Positions 46,801 through 53,245 of a stretch of DNA of 64,000 bases are shown here, in pieces. The notes beneath the pieces were generated by a model that was not told the origin of the DNA, searched no databases, and saw only the letters and a program-made list of their open reading frames with translations. How positions within the stretch are numbered: position 1 is the first letter of the stretch; each line of letters opens with the position of its first letter. A program made the position numbers and the translations under genes. Source of the stretch: Clostridia bacterium (GTDB lineage Bacteria > Bacillota > Clostridia > Christensenellales > UBA1242); NCBI GenBank assembly GCA_045534265.1, contig JAZSJH010000007.1, positions 45,031 to 109,030 on the forward strand, written 5' to 3'.

Positions 46801-48574
46801 CGCCAGTAGATCTCTTTAGTTCTACTGTTTTTAGAACAGATTCGATATCATCTCCGTCCAAAAAGCCATCTGCAGAGAAGGTAAGTGTAGGGTCTACTTC
46901 GCCATAAATTTTATATGTTTCATTAGCATATACATTTAGGTTTAGAAGTTTTAGATACTTGAAACCTTCTACAAAGTTAAATGTATATTTTGCAGGGTCA
47001 GAATAGCCCGCAGTAGAAGCCTTGCTTGGAACTATCTTCCATTTTTGATAGAAAACAGCTTTTTCTTCGTCAGACATATGAGCTTCTTTTGTTACTTCGT
47101 GAGTTAGAGCAATAGAGTCTGTTGCGTTTAGATAAATATTTCCAAGTGCGTCTTTGTTGTATTCGATAGGAGTATCATTTAGAGTGATTGTGTAGTTGTA
47201 GCAATCTGTAGGAATATAATCTTCTTTGTTTGTGTGAGAATAGTTGATTTCAAATGTATCAAAAGATATTGAAACAACATTGCTTCTTATTTCAAACTTA
47301 TAAGCAGTAGCGCCAGCTTCTGTTGTGATAGTGTAGTTTGTATTGATTGATTGATCAATATTGTATTCATAAAAGCCTACTGTCTCGCCGTGAACTCTTG
47401 ACAAGCATCCTGATAGGTCATCACCTTCAAGTGTTCCGTCTATTGCATATTGTAGAGCAGGCTCTGGTTGTCCAGCAAACTTAAATTGTTCTGCGGCAAT
47501 AGAGATTGTAACAATCTTTTTGTTTACAGTATAAGTACCATTTTGTCTTGACAATATGTTTAGGTTTGTAGAAGTAAGGTTGTCAGCTGTGATAGAGTAG
47601 CTACCTTGTTCTAGTCTTGTAACTCCAGCCGGCTTTTCAATAACAGGCAAACCATAAATTTGTGTTTTCAAAACATCATCAAGCAACATATTGTCTGGGC
47701 TTTGCAAAGTAAATGTAGGTGTTTGCAATGAGTCGCCATAAGTTGATGATTTGTTGTCGATAATTATCTTAACAGGTAGTTGTTCGATTGTTAGTCTACC
47801 TTCAGAGATAATTGGGTCGTAGTTTTTGTGAGGTGTAATAACTGGATAAATTTTGTAGTTTTCTACATTTTCACCAGAAAGTCTTTCGATAGAATATTCT
47901 AGTGTGTCTTCACCTACAAGGCCAGTAACTGTAGCTGCAAATGTAGGGTCTGGCTCACTATATTTTTTTGTATAGTTGCCGATAGAAACGTTAACTGATT
48001 TTTTTCTTATAGTTAGGGTGGTTGTAGAAATAACAGAACCAGAAATTTTGTTATATGCCTTTACTGTGTATGTTCCCGCATCTTTTGGAGCAAACTCACT
48101 TTCTGGATAAACGTCTCTTATTTCGTATGTATATCTAAGCTCCAAACCTTCTGGAACATAAGTTGCCTCATATGGCTTTTGAGTTCCGTCATAGGTATAT
48201 GTTGCAGATAACATTACAACACCACTACCTTCGCCATAAACAACAAGAGTGTAAGTGTCTTTAACGTTACTATTCTTCTTGCTCATTGCAGTAATGATTG
48301 TAGAGCCAGAAGACTTAGCAGTCGCCTTACCATTTTCGTTGATAGATGCAACGGCAGTGTTACTACTAGACCAAGTAATGTCTTTGTTACTTGCTTTACT
48401 TGGAGTAAGCGTTGCGGTAAACGTATATTCGTCGCCTACCTCAAAGAACTCCGGACCATCATTGATGGTTATAGCCGTAACATTTACTCCGCCACACGCA
48501 CTAAAAAATGCCGTGCCAAAAAGCAAAGTAATTGCTAGAATAAACGATTGCATAAGTTTTTTAATATTTTTCAT
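34865..48574 (-). CDS. Giant surface lipoprotein (4569 aa) with Big_2, MBG-like and many Ig-like repeat domains; putative adhesin
   Basis: Uninterrupted 13.7-kb ORF. Start at MKNIKKLMQSF (AGAGGTG SD). Signal peptide with lipobox FFSAC-GG. Big_2-like domain (ITWSSSNTAVASINENGKATAKSSGSTIITA). MBG-type units (KKYSEPDPTFAATVTGLVGEDTL...GENVENYKI...GRLTIEQ). Dozens of Y-x-G / AG-x-Y units. No LPXTG or C-terminal anchor. Confidence 0.9.
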   Translation of the reverse strand: MKNIKKLMQSFILAITLLFGTAFFSACGGVNVTAITINDGPEFFEVGDEYTFTATLTPSKASNKDITWSSSNTAVASINENGKATAKSSGSTIITAMSKKNSNVKDTYTLVVYGEGSGVVMLSATYTYDGTQKPYEATYVPEGLELRYTYEIRDVYPESEFAPKDAGTYTVKAYNKISGSVISTTTLTIRKKSVNVSIGNYTKKYSEPDPTFAATVTGLVGEDTLEYSIERLSGENVENYKIYPVITPHKNYDPIISEGRLTIEQLPVKIIIDNKSSTYGDSLQTPTFTLQSPDNMLLDDVLKTQIYGLPVIEKPAGVTRLEQGSYSITADNLTSTNLNILSRQNGTYTVNKKIVTISIAAEQFKFAGQPEPALQYAIDGTLEGDDLSGCLSRVHGETVGFYEYNIDQSINTNYTITTEAGATAYKFEIRSNVVSISFDTFEINYSHTNKEDYIPTDCYNYTITLNDTPIEYNKDALGNIYLNATDSIALTHEVTKEAHMSDEEKAVFYQKWKIVPSKASTAGYSDPAKYTFNFVEGFKYLKLLNLNVYANETYKIYGEVDPTLTFSADGFLDGDDIESVLKTVELKRSTGEDVTTDGYTISLADDIELYDTKTYYNPVFTEGVFVIEKRELRVTPISYTEENPIYYGEAPRVLEIDLADINLAARDNINTVLSGELYRADNENVGQYPILGTNLELISDNYYLTYTPGVYTIIPRPMIIKASDATIQYGEVVSRYQYTHSIVDEFTYIDEDGEEQIEVRTYSTDAPTFSGSLALTTYGLLYANNSYTIGQGNLTAGGNFDVTFTPGTLTVVPRELTLAFTPQSYGFTEYDDLATMQEKIDALVYSFKPGLAYSDSCAIKYIGLTSRSESNIISLNKDTEENYIITFEFTSNTGTILEDCYNVTIDQNYVELFYLGQSLLDISIDSLTQVGTQIVEKTYGDKYLVNEVFKITTFSEEYTVEYTNAAFNIKGITSQTEKTTPSSTVFPAGSYTVTVFKELVVIKDKAGEDVSSMFALNIKNYGSLVVNKADLEIVEAPTISSIVYGSKRPTFIGGKYQFINGDGAPININGVDAEYSTSSTATYAVQSTAHLIMATYTPTDKNFNSLTINNLALVVTKQMIDTTVLEWSYGASVEKLGTADGNKYTTYTNIPADDGEERNIVYDGAYTAENTYNIPTTLANYRFLRQTLGMQNRYFGITFHDEENGDTGFMYYIDNGEVKKVFPADSNNFYVVLDKSAATLDVKFYYNDGSKDYLLTNSSSIGDGTPEYTDSVYSPKTSGVYLARTIISSLNSNYAVFEDGDPATTEETITYYNVFMVEKVQVKVYNFTNKITYQSDLEFFYITNPEEIYGVTSTYWDRDAASTNYTERTEDPVNVGTYAVTFLIDKANYYYYNEHCDFEIVPIEINVIWNETSSFNYVSTTSPITRHYKVFAGPALTIGGEEITANLVYDSADTTSVAPEWLHICYRGEMKNGDPYFDEGKIAEVAIPCNAGTYTIEISIETGSENYTGSDSETYEINPIFYNGAIGIIRYTMTYDIAYSDGVTGAEKFYNMLVFGKQEPENGDDDGMITNAPFGSDSWTNYYLTISYLSMIIDPTGTDNAAVIALNKAGGPYKITLSIKSKDGNIKETLKTANLTVNKTNVPTMANYSSEPSAISFTGSYVYNALTTIDKSALFEPQSYDESTLTYSYEHNGDRDIYFGIDYKYYLVWSTEETTGTPTQAPIVPRTDGFTYMVKASITAGANYNAPSQTEFIGYFTVEKTTATLSAENIELVYTGENIELPFVNAVNGSQQPLAIKYENDANVLGLYVSRTIKNLDNNSNPTFIKKAGKYQVTFTLEDTTNFYTEGSTFTATCTIIVNKKPIDGLSNYVVVPEEFISTEILSIFYLNVANAKAYNKDYTNSSGSQALIQLCVTNSTDGSGDVWRLSSKADSSIKDLPAGTYYYYVDVSSSATASQNISNYTHSEYISFIVKRKEVVVTINPGYEDGIVINYTAEQQGYDVSYLTVKTTGSNKTITGLEAKDFLIEYKDTNENDSNYSDIAPITNGIYDVRIKCFNKNYESEYIYTTITIDAPLLSIEGNMSYTYGFVNELTLNLSAKGGENVHTISFDGTTNKYNEAALKNSLGRWFLVRDNFGVITPGGPIPTDFTLDDGRIIGDQINNGLAAMPSPMYTGEELINLPAGIHKMTIVYISNDINFAITFAEISFTVNPYAITEDAIVSSNTAGITFDSSTKKFSLLENANAVSEYNTSFYSTENPTYWGFSDYTINKSVTFEISVKIKNPTATDYTNAETIQLNLVANISGTIAGTTIKNAFAQIADVSSSAVATTSTTLSFDNTNYSLTVGSLEFILNTVFNKQETTVFTEKLSGSNLVEIEASYGSIFLDEYWANLFEKTRASYDYPDSVVVNSNHIFLHNLINLPGGSDIDKFRNAWNYGSEDTWFEFYSINAYEYNNGTKGNKAEYKNVYNESDGKRPLGDGLYHYYKYDLDSSTNAGLYLLEIKLNTSNYFLETVLNALVRIKPTTFYAKTTNAGSGDGLIDVSNPAHQSEIIKVYKSINNGSDAASDGYTLKYFRDGVTNPVYVSKYSGGASGTYTPQSGYTYSSYAQLLESVKNNPNGAESFTVSIVPNDTNSMYVADIRILVINGTIDLGVFNIYDELKLSTLAETNETIRTLHSMSKGGDDGLTWPTFVAAAFEYSYNSLTEGSISALRAIDQCENAADRLTPDADGTYNVSISPNENNQVSIAKIPLSINFDTGSTISVMIKLTVNLKLITEIDTFNFEYNGSAQSPNISAYFQGWTAKVPMLENGGADLGNVEIQEVLPATKYTGSTPTIKYINQATGAESTTVPVDAGNYAIKTTYTVNFAGFATPVVFTCSNNFTISKIEAAITMSSAEYLYDGQTHTLSATTSISGLPINISYRTSSATTITNPYTADIYYAVATINSTNYFGTAVATLTIKPTSTRIEITMPTDYVYSGSTIKPTFKIFNENNVDITAAVGSMARAYYNGITTAPTYAGSYEYKVVVTKSQNFFANEAKANYVIERAVPNITITAPTNTTYVAEGHEIVPTFNYPASLRDVITITYNGSEDEPCDAGIYEVYVYCNPSADSNYLPTTQSFTYKIYPKTLQVSYDTTGTLVMTYSEDMSLDDLRPNAPSDADVLYSYQGFEYNADGTLSDTFREYTEFPENAGVYTIIATPRSTNYSGRVSTTLVIARATPVITFNISGSIVYNGNPRSPQIVKTVESLTYVTSYTGVDNDGVSYSSTTSAPTNAGNYVVKVSFAGNNNYNAVESSQNFEIEKLSTITLSFDTLSLSQMYTGEGLTPTAKAFLNTTERTDLFDSIEMTFGEDKTLPVDSGTYVVKAMLVNCNYSAPVITESFTITKSNNYTVTLYNGGQLNIGATAIGEVVINGTYIFKYVGKTYLPDGTLSAVNNYDSFVIPELAGEYIATLIADNYLSSEYSFTINKTDLSSHLTLVNFNLAVGTLPNLHKTITYDSVTYNIKYLYQLENASEYTEVRPTTIGSHKIKMIVCDANAMGEKIADYVIYSVETTQNKAVTESLYYMYTGNDIVVNASLYLNGILQTGTITKTYQLNGEIVTHVSEIGEYTITLTNAAGEASTTFTVIPAISLSTPVNGDSFNGSAKTVTYQFTSSSDQSLYGADLSLVIMKDGYTVNEVKDAGQYVVSVCYKGYPVLSRDITINKKIVTNLSPSDINMSYGELNRIPTHIGSYKVKYLININGNNTFQEITPPVGNHTIKFIIDENNYQGEAIANIFVSKRTLILDIDDFEVEYTGNAIALPNYIANFEYMSYKYSLTPSNYIDGLPTDANTYYIQAVSSSPNFAVAYKDSSRPYIIVTITKANPTYVVTNLNQVYDGNIKVPTATAVFNGTQYTTSISNSNMRDAGAYTIYFTITSEPENFNRSIEYTFVIEQAEVDINYNIPEEMIFDGTQKAITATATIADVGSVHTSITKDGASATPRDAGVYVATFTTTATTNYKSCSKVVVFEILPAATEIQCSVDNYNYTGDAKPVSVLTNPTDSTKNITYTGADNEGNEYSSTTAPTKAGNYIAHIVVTPADTNYSREEINFAYTIVKVMDPITCTGADLGYFYYDGGEKSVTATSGSGTHSITYKKLNESNTYITIPETDVKTEGAYKAIVTTTGNNNYYASTKVVFFSIYKQRLETSISGKSVDYNGSPQQIVPTNTHSGLVQVYYSGKMYNAEGKCIENYAETTDAPTRAGIYTAVLKPTNENYAIKGTSSAPLIIKRTQLNISIDIDGVSATSTIINYTGSEYIVTANAMINGVKTDVSTIDANALTTRIVGTNTKIPLQQGGAYELIVDLNHKNFLGHNERLITIRPQSASIFATQTVANYTGQKIDIGYTIVSKTGTDITEEIRDKVQIIYTNAAGATVDPINTGDYTANIILANTSYVANATYSFTIVESTPLIIYKGGEDPITMETTNNTSLDKFDTSKYVVSVGGVDFSTTEYTVAFYKSSYSVVDGETVRVWNVVTAPTGTIISESGNYKVVINISNTSKYQNNLIGTDIKDSEGNITQTDVLTWEYLFYVSASE
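35250..40243 (-). repeat. Tandem array of about 20 divergent Ig-like repeat units inside the giant gene (protein-level repeats)
   Basis: From FNFEYNGSAQSP (nt ~40243) to SFTIVESTP (nt ~35250) I can parse ~20 consecutive units of ~75-105 aa. They share [Y-x-G]...[P-x-x-A/D/N-G-x-Y]...[N-Y]...[F/L-x-I/V]. The DNA copies are diverged. Confidence 0.7.
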
Positions 48575-48807
48575 AAAAACACCTCTAGGGCAAATCCCCA
48601 ACTATAATAGTTAATTATAATATTACATAGTATATAATATATTATTATAAAAAACAAAGCAACTTTTTGTCGCAGGTTTTGGGGCAAATCTTCAAATTTT
48701 AGTTTGTGTTTTTTTATAAAAAATAGTTGTCTAAAATTGATAAATTGTGATACCCTTTAGGTGTTTGGGGGCAAAAACCCCTAAAATATACACAAAAGGA
48801 AACAAAA

Positions 48808-50958
48808 ATGAATATTGAACAAACACTAACTCAAGAATTTTCGCTTAATCCACAACACACAGTAAACATCATAAATTTAATTGATGAAGGCTGTACAATC
48901 CCTTTTATCGCAAGATATAGAAAGGAAATGACCGGTAGCTGTGATGACCAAGTATTAAGAGAATTTTTTGATAGACTAACTTACCTTAGGTCTCTAAACA
49001 AAAGGAAAGAAGAAATTACAAAAACAATTACCGAGCAAGGTAATATGACTGACGAACTTGCAAAATCTATCGAAGATGCCGCAACACTTACAGAAGTTGA
49101 AGACATTTATAGGCCATTTAAGCCAAAGAGAAAGACAAGAGCAAGCGAAGCTATCGCAAAAGGCCTAAAACCACTTGCCGAAAGCATCTTATCTGGCGAA
49201 ATCGAAGGTGATATTGAAACCCTTGCTAGTACATATATAACCGAAGAAAACGGCTTAAAATCAGCCATTGATGCAATCCAAGGCGCAAAAGATATTATCG
49301 CCGAAATGATTTCTGACTCTGCCGAAGTTCGTAAAGACTTAAGAGAAATGATGGAAAAAATCGCCGAAATCAAAACAACTTTGGTAGAAAACGAAAAAAG
49401 CAAGACATACGAAATGTACAAAGAATTTAGCGAAGTAATCGCAAAAATCCCTAGCCACAGAATTTTGGCTATCAATCGTGGCGAAAATGATGAATGTTTG
49501 AAGGTAAAAATCGAAGTAAATAGAGAAAAAGCCATCACAATCATCAAAACAATGTTCCTAAAAGAAGGAATTGTAACAGAAAACCTAGTAAACGAAGCAA
49601 TCGAAGATGGCTACGACAGACTTTTGTTCCCATCACTTGAGAGAGAGCTTCGTACAGCCCTAACAGACAAGGCAAACGAACAAGCTATCAAAATGTTTGA
49701 CGTAAACCTTCGTCCACTTCTACTTCAAGCCCCACTAAAAGGTAAAACTATCTTAGGTTTAGACCCTGCATACCGTACAGGTTGCAAAATAGCAGTTATC
49801 GATAGCAACGGTAATGTTCTTGACCGTACTGTTATTTTCCCAACTCCACCACAAAACAAGATAGAAGAAGCCGAAGCAAAACTTACCGAACTTATCAACA
49901 AACACAAAGTAGACGTTATCTCTATCGGTAACGGTACTGCATCAAAAGAATCAGAAATGTTTGTTGCAAATCTAATCAAAAAACAATCTCGCAAAGTAGA
50001 ATATGCCGTTGTTAACGAAGCTGGAGCTTCAGTTTATAGTGCATCAAAACTAGGCGCAGAAGAATTTCCAGATTTTGAACCTGCCCACAGAAGTGCTGTG
50101 TCTATTGCTCGTAGACTTCAAGACCCACTAGCTGAGCTTATCAAAATTGATGTAAAATCAATCGGCGTTGGACAATATCAACACGATATGCCACAAAAAA
50201 GATTAACAGAAGTGTTGACAGGTGTTGTAGAAGACTGCGTTAACAGCGTAGGTGTTGATCTAAATACAGCTTCTCCAAGCCTACTTTCTTATGTTTCTGG
50301 TCTTAATAGCGGTATTGCAAAAAATATCGTCGACTACAGACAAGAAAATGGTCAATTTACAGACAGACAAGAACTTTTGAAAGTTAAAAAACTAGGCGGA
50401 AAAGCCTTTGAACAATGCGCAGGTTTCCTTCGTATAGTAGACGGCAAAAACATTTTAGATAACACAGCAGTTCACCCAGAAAGTTATTCTGCAGCCGAAA
50501 AATTGCTAAAAATGTTCAATTTTACAGATGAAAGCATAAAAAATGGTGACCTAGCTCGTCTTCCAGAAATGGTACAAGCAAAAGGCGAAGAAGTTGTTGC
50601 TAAAGAATGTGGAATTGGCGTTCCTACACTTCAAGATATGATTGCCGAAATTATAAAACCAGGTAGAGATATTCGTGACCAACTAGAACAAGTGGAACTT
50701 CGTAGTGATATTTTAGATATCAAAGACCTTCAAGAAGGAATGGTTCTTCGTGGTACTGTTCGCAACGTTATTGACTTTGGTGCTTTTGTTGATATCGGCG
50801 TTCACCAAGACGGACTTATTCATATTTCACAAATCAGCGACAAATACATCAAACACCCATCAGAAGCATTGAAAGTTGGCGAAGTGTTGAAAGTAAAGAT
50901 TTTGTCTGTTGACCTAGACAAAAATCGTATCGCATTGACACTTAAAGGTATCGAATAA
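48808..50958 (+). CDS. tex: Tex-family transcription accessory protein (S1 RNA-binding domain protein)
   Basis: 716 aa. N terminus IARYRKEMTG, YqgF/RuvC-like and HhH regions, and a C-terminal S1 domain (GTVRNVIDFGAFVDIGVHQDGLIHISQ). Confidence 0.9.
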   Translation: MNIEQTLTQEFSLNPQHTVNIINLIDEGCTIPFIARYRKEMTGSCDDQVLREFFDRLTYLRSLNKRKEEITKTITEQGNMTDELAKSIEDAATLTEVEDIYRPFKPKRKTRASEAIAKGLKPLAESILSGEIEGDIETLASTYITEENGLKSAIDAIQGAKDIIAEMISDSAEVRKDLREMMEKIAEIKTTLVENEKSKTYEMYKEFSEVIAKIPSHRILAINRGENDECLKVKIEVNREKAITIIKTMFLKEGIVTENLVNEAIEDGYDRLLFPSLERELRTALTDKANEQAIKMFDVNLRPLLLQAPLKGKTILGLDPAYRTGCKIAVIDSNGNVLDRTVIFPTPPQNKIEEAEAKLTELINKHKVDVISIGNGTASKESEMFVANLIKKQSRKVEYAVVNEAGASVYSASKLGAEEFPDFEPAHRSAVSIARRLQDPLAELIKIDVKSIGVGQYQHDMPQKRLTEVLTGVVEDCVNSVGVDLNTASPSLLSYVSGLNSGIAKNIVDYRQENGQFTDRQELLKVKKLGGKAFEQCAGFLRIVDGKNILDNTAVHPESYSAAEKLLKMFNFTDESIKNGDLARLPEMVQAKGEEVVAKECGIGVPTLQDMIAEIIKPGRDIRDQLEQVELRSDILDIKDLQEGMVLRGTVRNVIDFGAFVDIGVHQDGLIHISQISDKYIKHPSEALKVGEVLKVKILSVDLDKNRIALTLKGIE

Positions 50959-50983
50959 GAAAAATTAAAATAAAAACAAAAAA

Positions 50984-51008
50984 ACAGCAAACAAGTGCTG
51001 TTTTTTTT
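50984..51008 (+). terminator. Rho-independent terminator of tex
   Basis: ACAGCA-aacaag-TGCTGT followed by T8. Confidence 0.65.
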
Positions 51009-51081
51009 GTTGGTATTTTGTGGGCTAGATAATAAAAAGGGTACTCACAAAATGCCAAATATGGAAAGTAGGAGGGTTATC

Positions 51082-51927
51082 CTATTTACCATCATTGATA
51101 TAAAGAACGCCCAATGTATGTTCGCCACAGTGTGATGCAATTGTAGCGCCCGCTTTTGTTTCATAAATTTCTTTGAAACCTTTGTCTTGAAGTGCTTTTT
51201 TAGCCGCAGCTATCATACCTTCTGTTGCTGTAGTATAAGTTACAAATGCAACGGACAAGTCAGGAGTGTTGAATTGTTCAACAACATCTTTTGCGTAGTC
51301 TTCGATAACCTTGTCGATATTTCCACGGTATTTTTTAGCAGATTGCATTTTGCCATCTTTTACTACTATTTGTGGTCTAATTTTCAAAAGGTTTGCTCCA
51401 AGTAGAGCAATAGAAGAGCATCTTCCGCCTTTGTGTAAGTAGTCTAGTCTTTCAACTATAAAGCTTGCTTGAACGTGTGGAACTCTCTCTGTTACAAGTT
51501 TTGTAATTTCAGTTGCAGAGATTTTTCCGTTAGCCGCTAGTTTTGATGCGTATATCGCAAGTAGGGCAATACCTGTTGACAAACTTCTAGAGTCGATAAT
51601 GTATACATTTTGTAATTTGCTAGCTGCGTTTTTTGCGTTGCTGCAAGCGCTGCTTATTTCTGAAGATAAGCTGATGTGTACAACTGCATCATATTCTTCC
51701 AAAAGTTTTGTAAAATGCTCTGTGTATTGAAATTCATTGATTGCACTTGTCTTTGGCAAAATTTTTGTCTTTTGTACATACTCAAAAATTTCATTAGTTT
51801 TTAGGTCTCCGTCAAGACGCATATCGTCCCCAAGAAGAACTGTAAAAGGTGTTGTATGTATATTGTATTTTTCTAATAATTCACTTGTCAAATCTATTGT
51901 AGATTCGGCTGAAATAGCTATTTTCAT
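51082..51927 (-). CDS. DegV family fatty-acid-binding protein
   Basis: 281 aa. MKIAISAESTIDL..., SLSSEISSACSNA and HCGEHTLGV fit the DegV/EDD fold family. AGGAG SD. Confidence 0.85.
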   Translation of the reverse strand: MKIAISAESTIDLTSELLEKYNIHTTPFTVLLGDDMRLDGDLKTNEIFEYVQKTKILPKTSAINEFQYTEHFTKLLEEYDAVVHISLSSEISSACSNAKNAASKLQNVYIIDSRSLSTGIALLAIYASKLAANGKISATEITKLVTERVPHVQASFIVERLDYLHKGGRCSSIALLGANLLKIRPQIVVKDGKMQSAKKYRGNIDKVIEDYAKDVVEQFNTPDLSVAFVTYTTATEGMIAAAKKALQDKGFKEIYETKAGATIASHCGEHTLGVLYINDGK

Positions 51928-51970
51928 AATAATCTCCTAGTTATTTTTAGTAAACTCAGTTTACACACAT

Positions 51971-51999
51971 ATTCTATTAATTTAACAAAAAAATAACAA
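51971..51999 (-). promoter_or_regulatory. Candidate degV promoter
   Basis: Minus strand TTGTTA (51999-51994), 17-nt spacer, TAGAAT (51976-51971). The leader contains the palindrome GTAAAC-tca-GTTTAC (51950-51964). Confidence 0.5.
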
Positions 52000-52039
52000 C
52001 CTACTTTTATGTTCTTCAAAGTAGAGTTAAAAAAATCTT

Positions 52040-52056
52040 CTCTACTCACAGTAGAG
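52040..52056. promoter_or_regulatory. Perfect 7-3-7 palindrome, candidate operator in the degV / XRE divergent region
   Basis: CTCTACT-cac-AGTAGAG. The half-site AGTAGAGTT recurs as a direct copy at 52020-52028. Confidence 0.45.
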
Positions 52057-52104
52057 TTGCAAGTTTTGTAATAAATTTACAATAAAAAAGTTTGCAAAAA
52101 ACAC

Positions 52105-52133
52105 TTGATAAATTGTATATATAATAATATAAT
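52105..52133 (+). promoter_or_regulatory. Near-consensus promoter, leaderless layout (XRE-dtd-metG operon)
   Basis: TTGATA (52105-52110), 17-nt spacer, TATAAT (52128-52133), then agtgct (6 nt) and the ATG at 52140. No SD. Confidence 0.65.
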
Positions 52134-52139
52134 AGTGCT

Positions 52140-52787
52140 ATGGACGAACAAAATATTCTAAAGCGAAATATCGCAGACAACTTAATATTTTATCGCAAAC
52201 AAAAAGGACTTACCCAACTTGACATTGCTGAGAAACTTAATTACTCTGATAAGGCCGTGTCAAAATGGGAAAGAGCAGAGGCTATTCCAGATGTATATAC
52301 CCTAAAGCAACTTGCAGATTTTTATGGTATAACACTAGATGACCTTTTATCAGCCGATACAAAAAAGCGTGAAAAGATAGTAAAGACCAACGAGCAAAAG
52401 TCAAAAGCTGTAAGACTATTTATAGTTCTTTTGTCTTGTGGTCTTGTGGGCTGTCTTTCGGTTTTAATATTTTTATTACCAGAAATTTTTGCCCCAGAGA
52501 TTACTAAGTCTTGGATAATATTTGCCTACGCCGTAACAATTGACTTTATATTGCTTGTAGTATTTAGTTGTTTGTGGGCAAAGCGAATTTATAAATTTAT
52601 CAGCATCTCAGGTCTTGTGTGGTCTGTCTTTGCAACTTTATGTATTACAATTCAAACGTTCGGCGGCAATAGTCGTATTTGGCTACTTATGATTGTTGCT
52701 TTTTGTCTTCAAATAATGATTCTTATTTGGGCTGGGCTTGTTAAGGTTTTGGTTTCAAAACTTAAGAAATCAGGAGGCAAAGAATAA
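52140..52787 (+). CDS. XRE-family HTH regulator with four C-terminal TM helices
   Basis: N-terminal HTH_3 pattern (RKQKGLTQLDIAEKLNYSDKAVSKWERAEAIPD) followed by hydrophobic helices. Confidence 0.8.
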   Translation: MDEQNILKRNIADNLIFYRKQKGLTQLDIAEKLNYSDKAVSKWERAEAIPDVYTLKQLADFYGITLDDLLSADTKKREKIVKTNEQKSKAVRLFIVLLSCGLVGCLSVLIFLLPEIFAPEITKSWIIFAYAVTIDFILLVVFSCLWAKRIYKFISISGLVWSVFATLCITIQTFGGNSRIWLLMIVAFCLQIMILIWAGLVKVLVSKLKKSGGKE

Positions 52788-53245
52788 TGAAAGCAGTAAT
52801 TCAAAGATGTACAAATGCCGAAGTAAAAGTAGACGGAAATCTTGTTGGAAAAATTTCAAAAGGTTTTATGGTCCTTTTGGGTATTGGACAAGATGATACC
52901 GATTGGGACATTCAATATCTAGCTCGCAAAATTGCAGGGCTTAGAATTTTTGAAGATGAAAATGAAAAAATGAACTACAATATCGAAAAAGTAGGCGGAG
53001 AGATTTTGATCATTAGCAACTTTACTTTATATGGTAACGCATATGATGGATTTAGACCTAGCTTTTCAGACGCAATGATGCCTGCAAAGGCAGAAGAAAT
53101 GTATAATAAGTTCATTGAAGAATGTAAAAAATATCCTTACAAAAATATCCAAAGTGGTGTTTTTGGCGGAGATATGCAAATAGATATTCACAATGACGGT
53201 CCGGTTACAATAATTATAGAAAGTGAAAAGGGTAGAAAGAAATGA
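52787..53245 (+). CDS. dtd: D-aminoacyl-tRNA deacylase
   Basis: 152 aa. MKAVIQR..., SNFTLYG and NDGPVTI motifs. AGGAGG SD. The ATG overlaps the XRE stop by 1 nt. Confidence 0.9.
   Translation: MKAVIQRCTNAEVKVDGNLVGKISKGFMVLLGIGQDDTDWDIQYLARKIAGLRIFEDENEKMNYNIEKVGGEILIISNFTLYGNAYDGFRPSFSDAMMPAKAEEMYNKFIEECKKYPYKNIQSGVFGGDMQIDIHNDGPVTIIIESEKGRKK

Noticed and set aside
47999-48005. A7 run in the 5' part of the giant gene as a slipped-strand phase-variation switch
   Set aside because: The tract is short and lies ~190 codons into the gene. Comparable A/T runs are frequent throughout this AT-rich sequence, and there is no evidence of length heterogeneity from a single sequence.
36368-48614. About a dozen 60-140-aa ORFs inside or opposite the giant gene (e.g. 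37280-37594, 39829-40251, 48255-48614)
   Set aside because: All are embedded in a 13.7-kb ORF with coherent domain repeats. None has an SD or recognisable motifs. Such ORFs are expected by chance in a long A/T-rich gene.
53180-53245. T-box or other riboswitch leader in front of metG
   Set aside because: metG starts inside the dtd stop (ATGA), so there is no untranslated leader in which such an element could sit.
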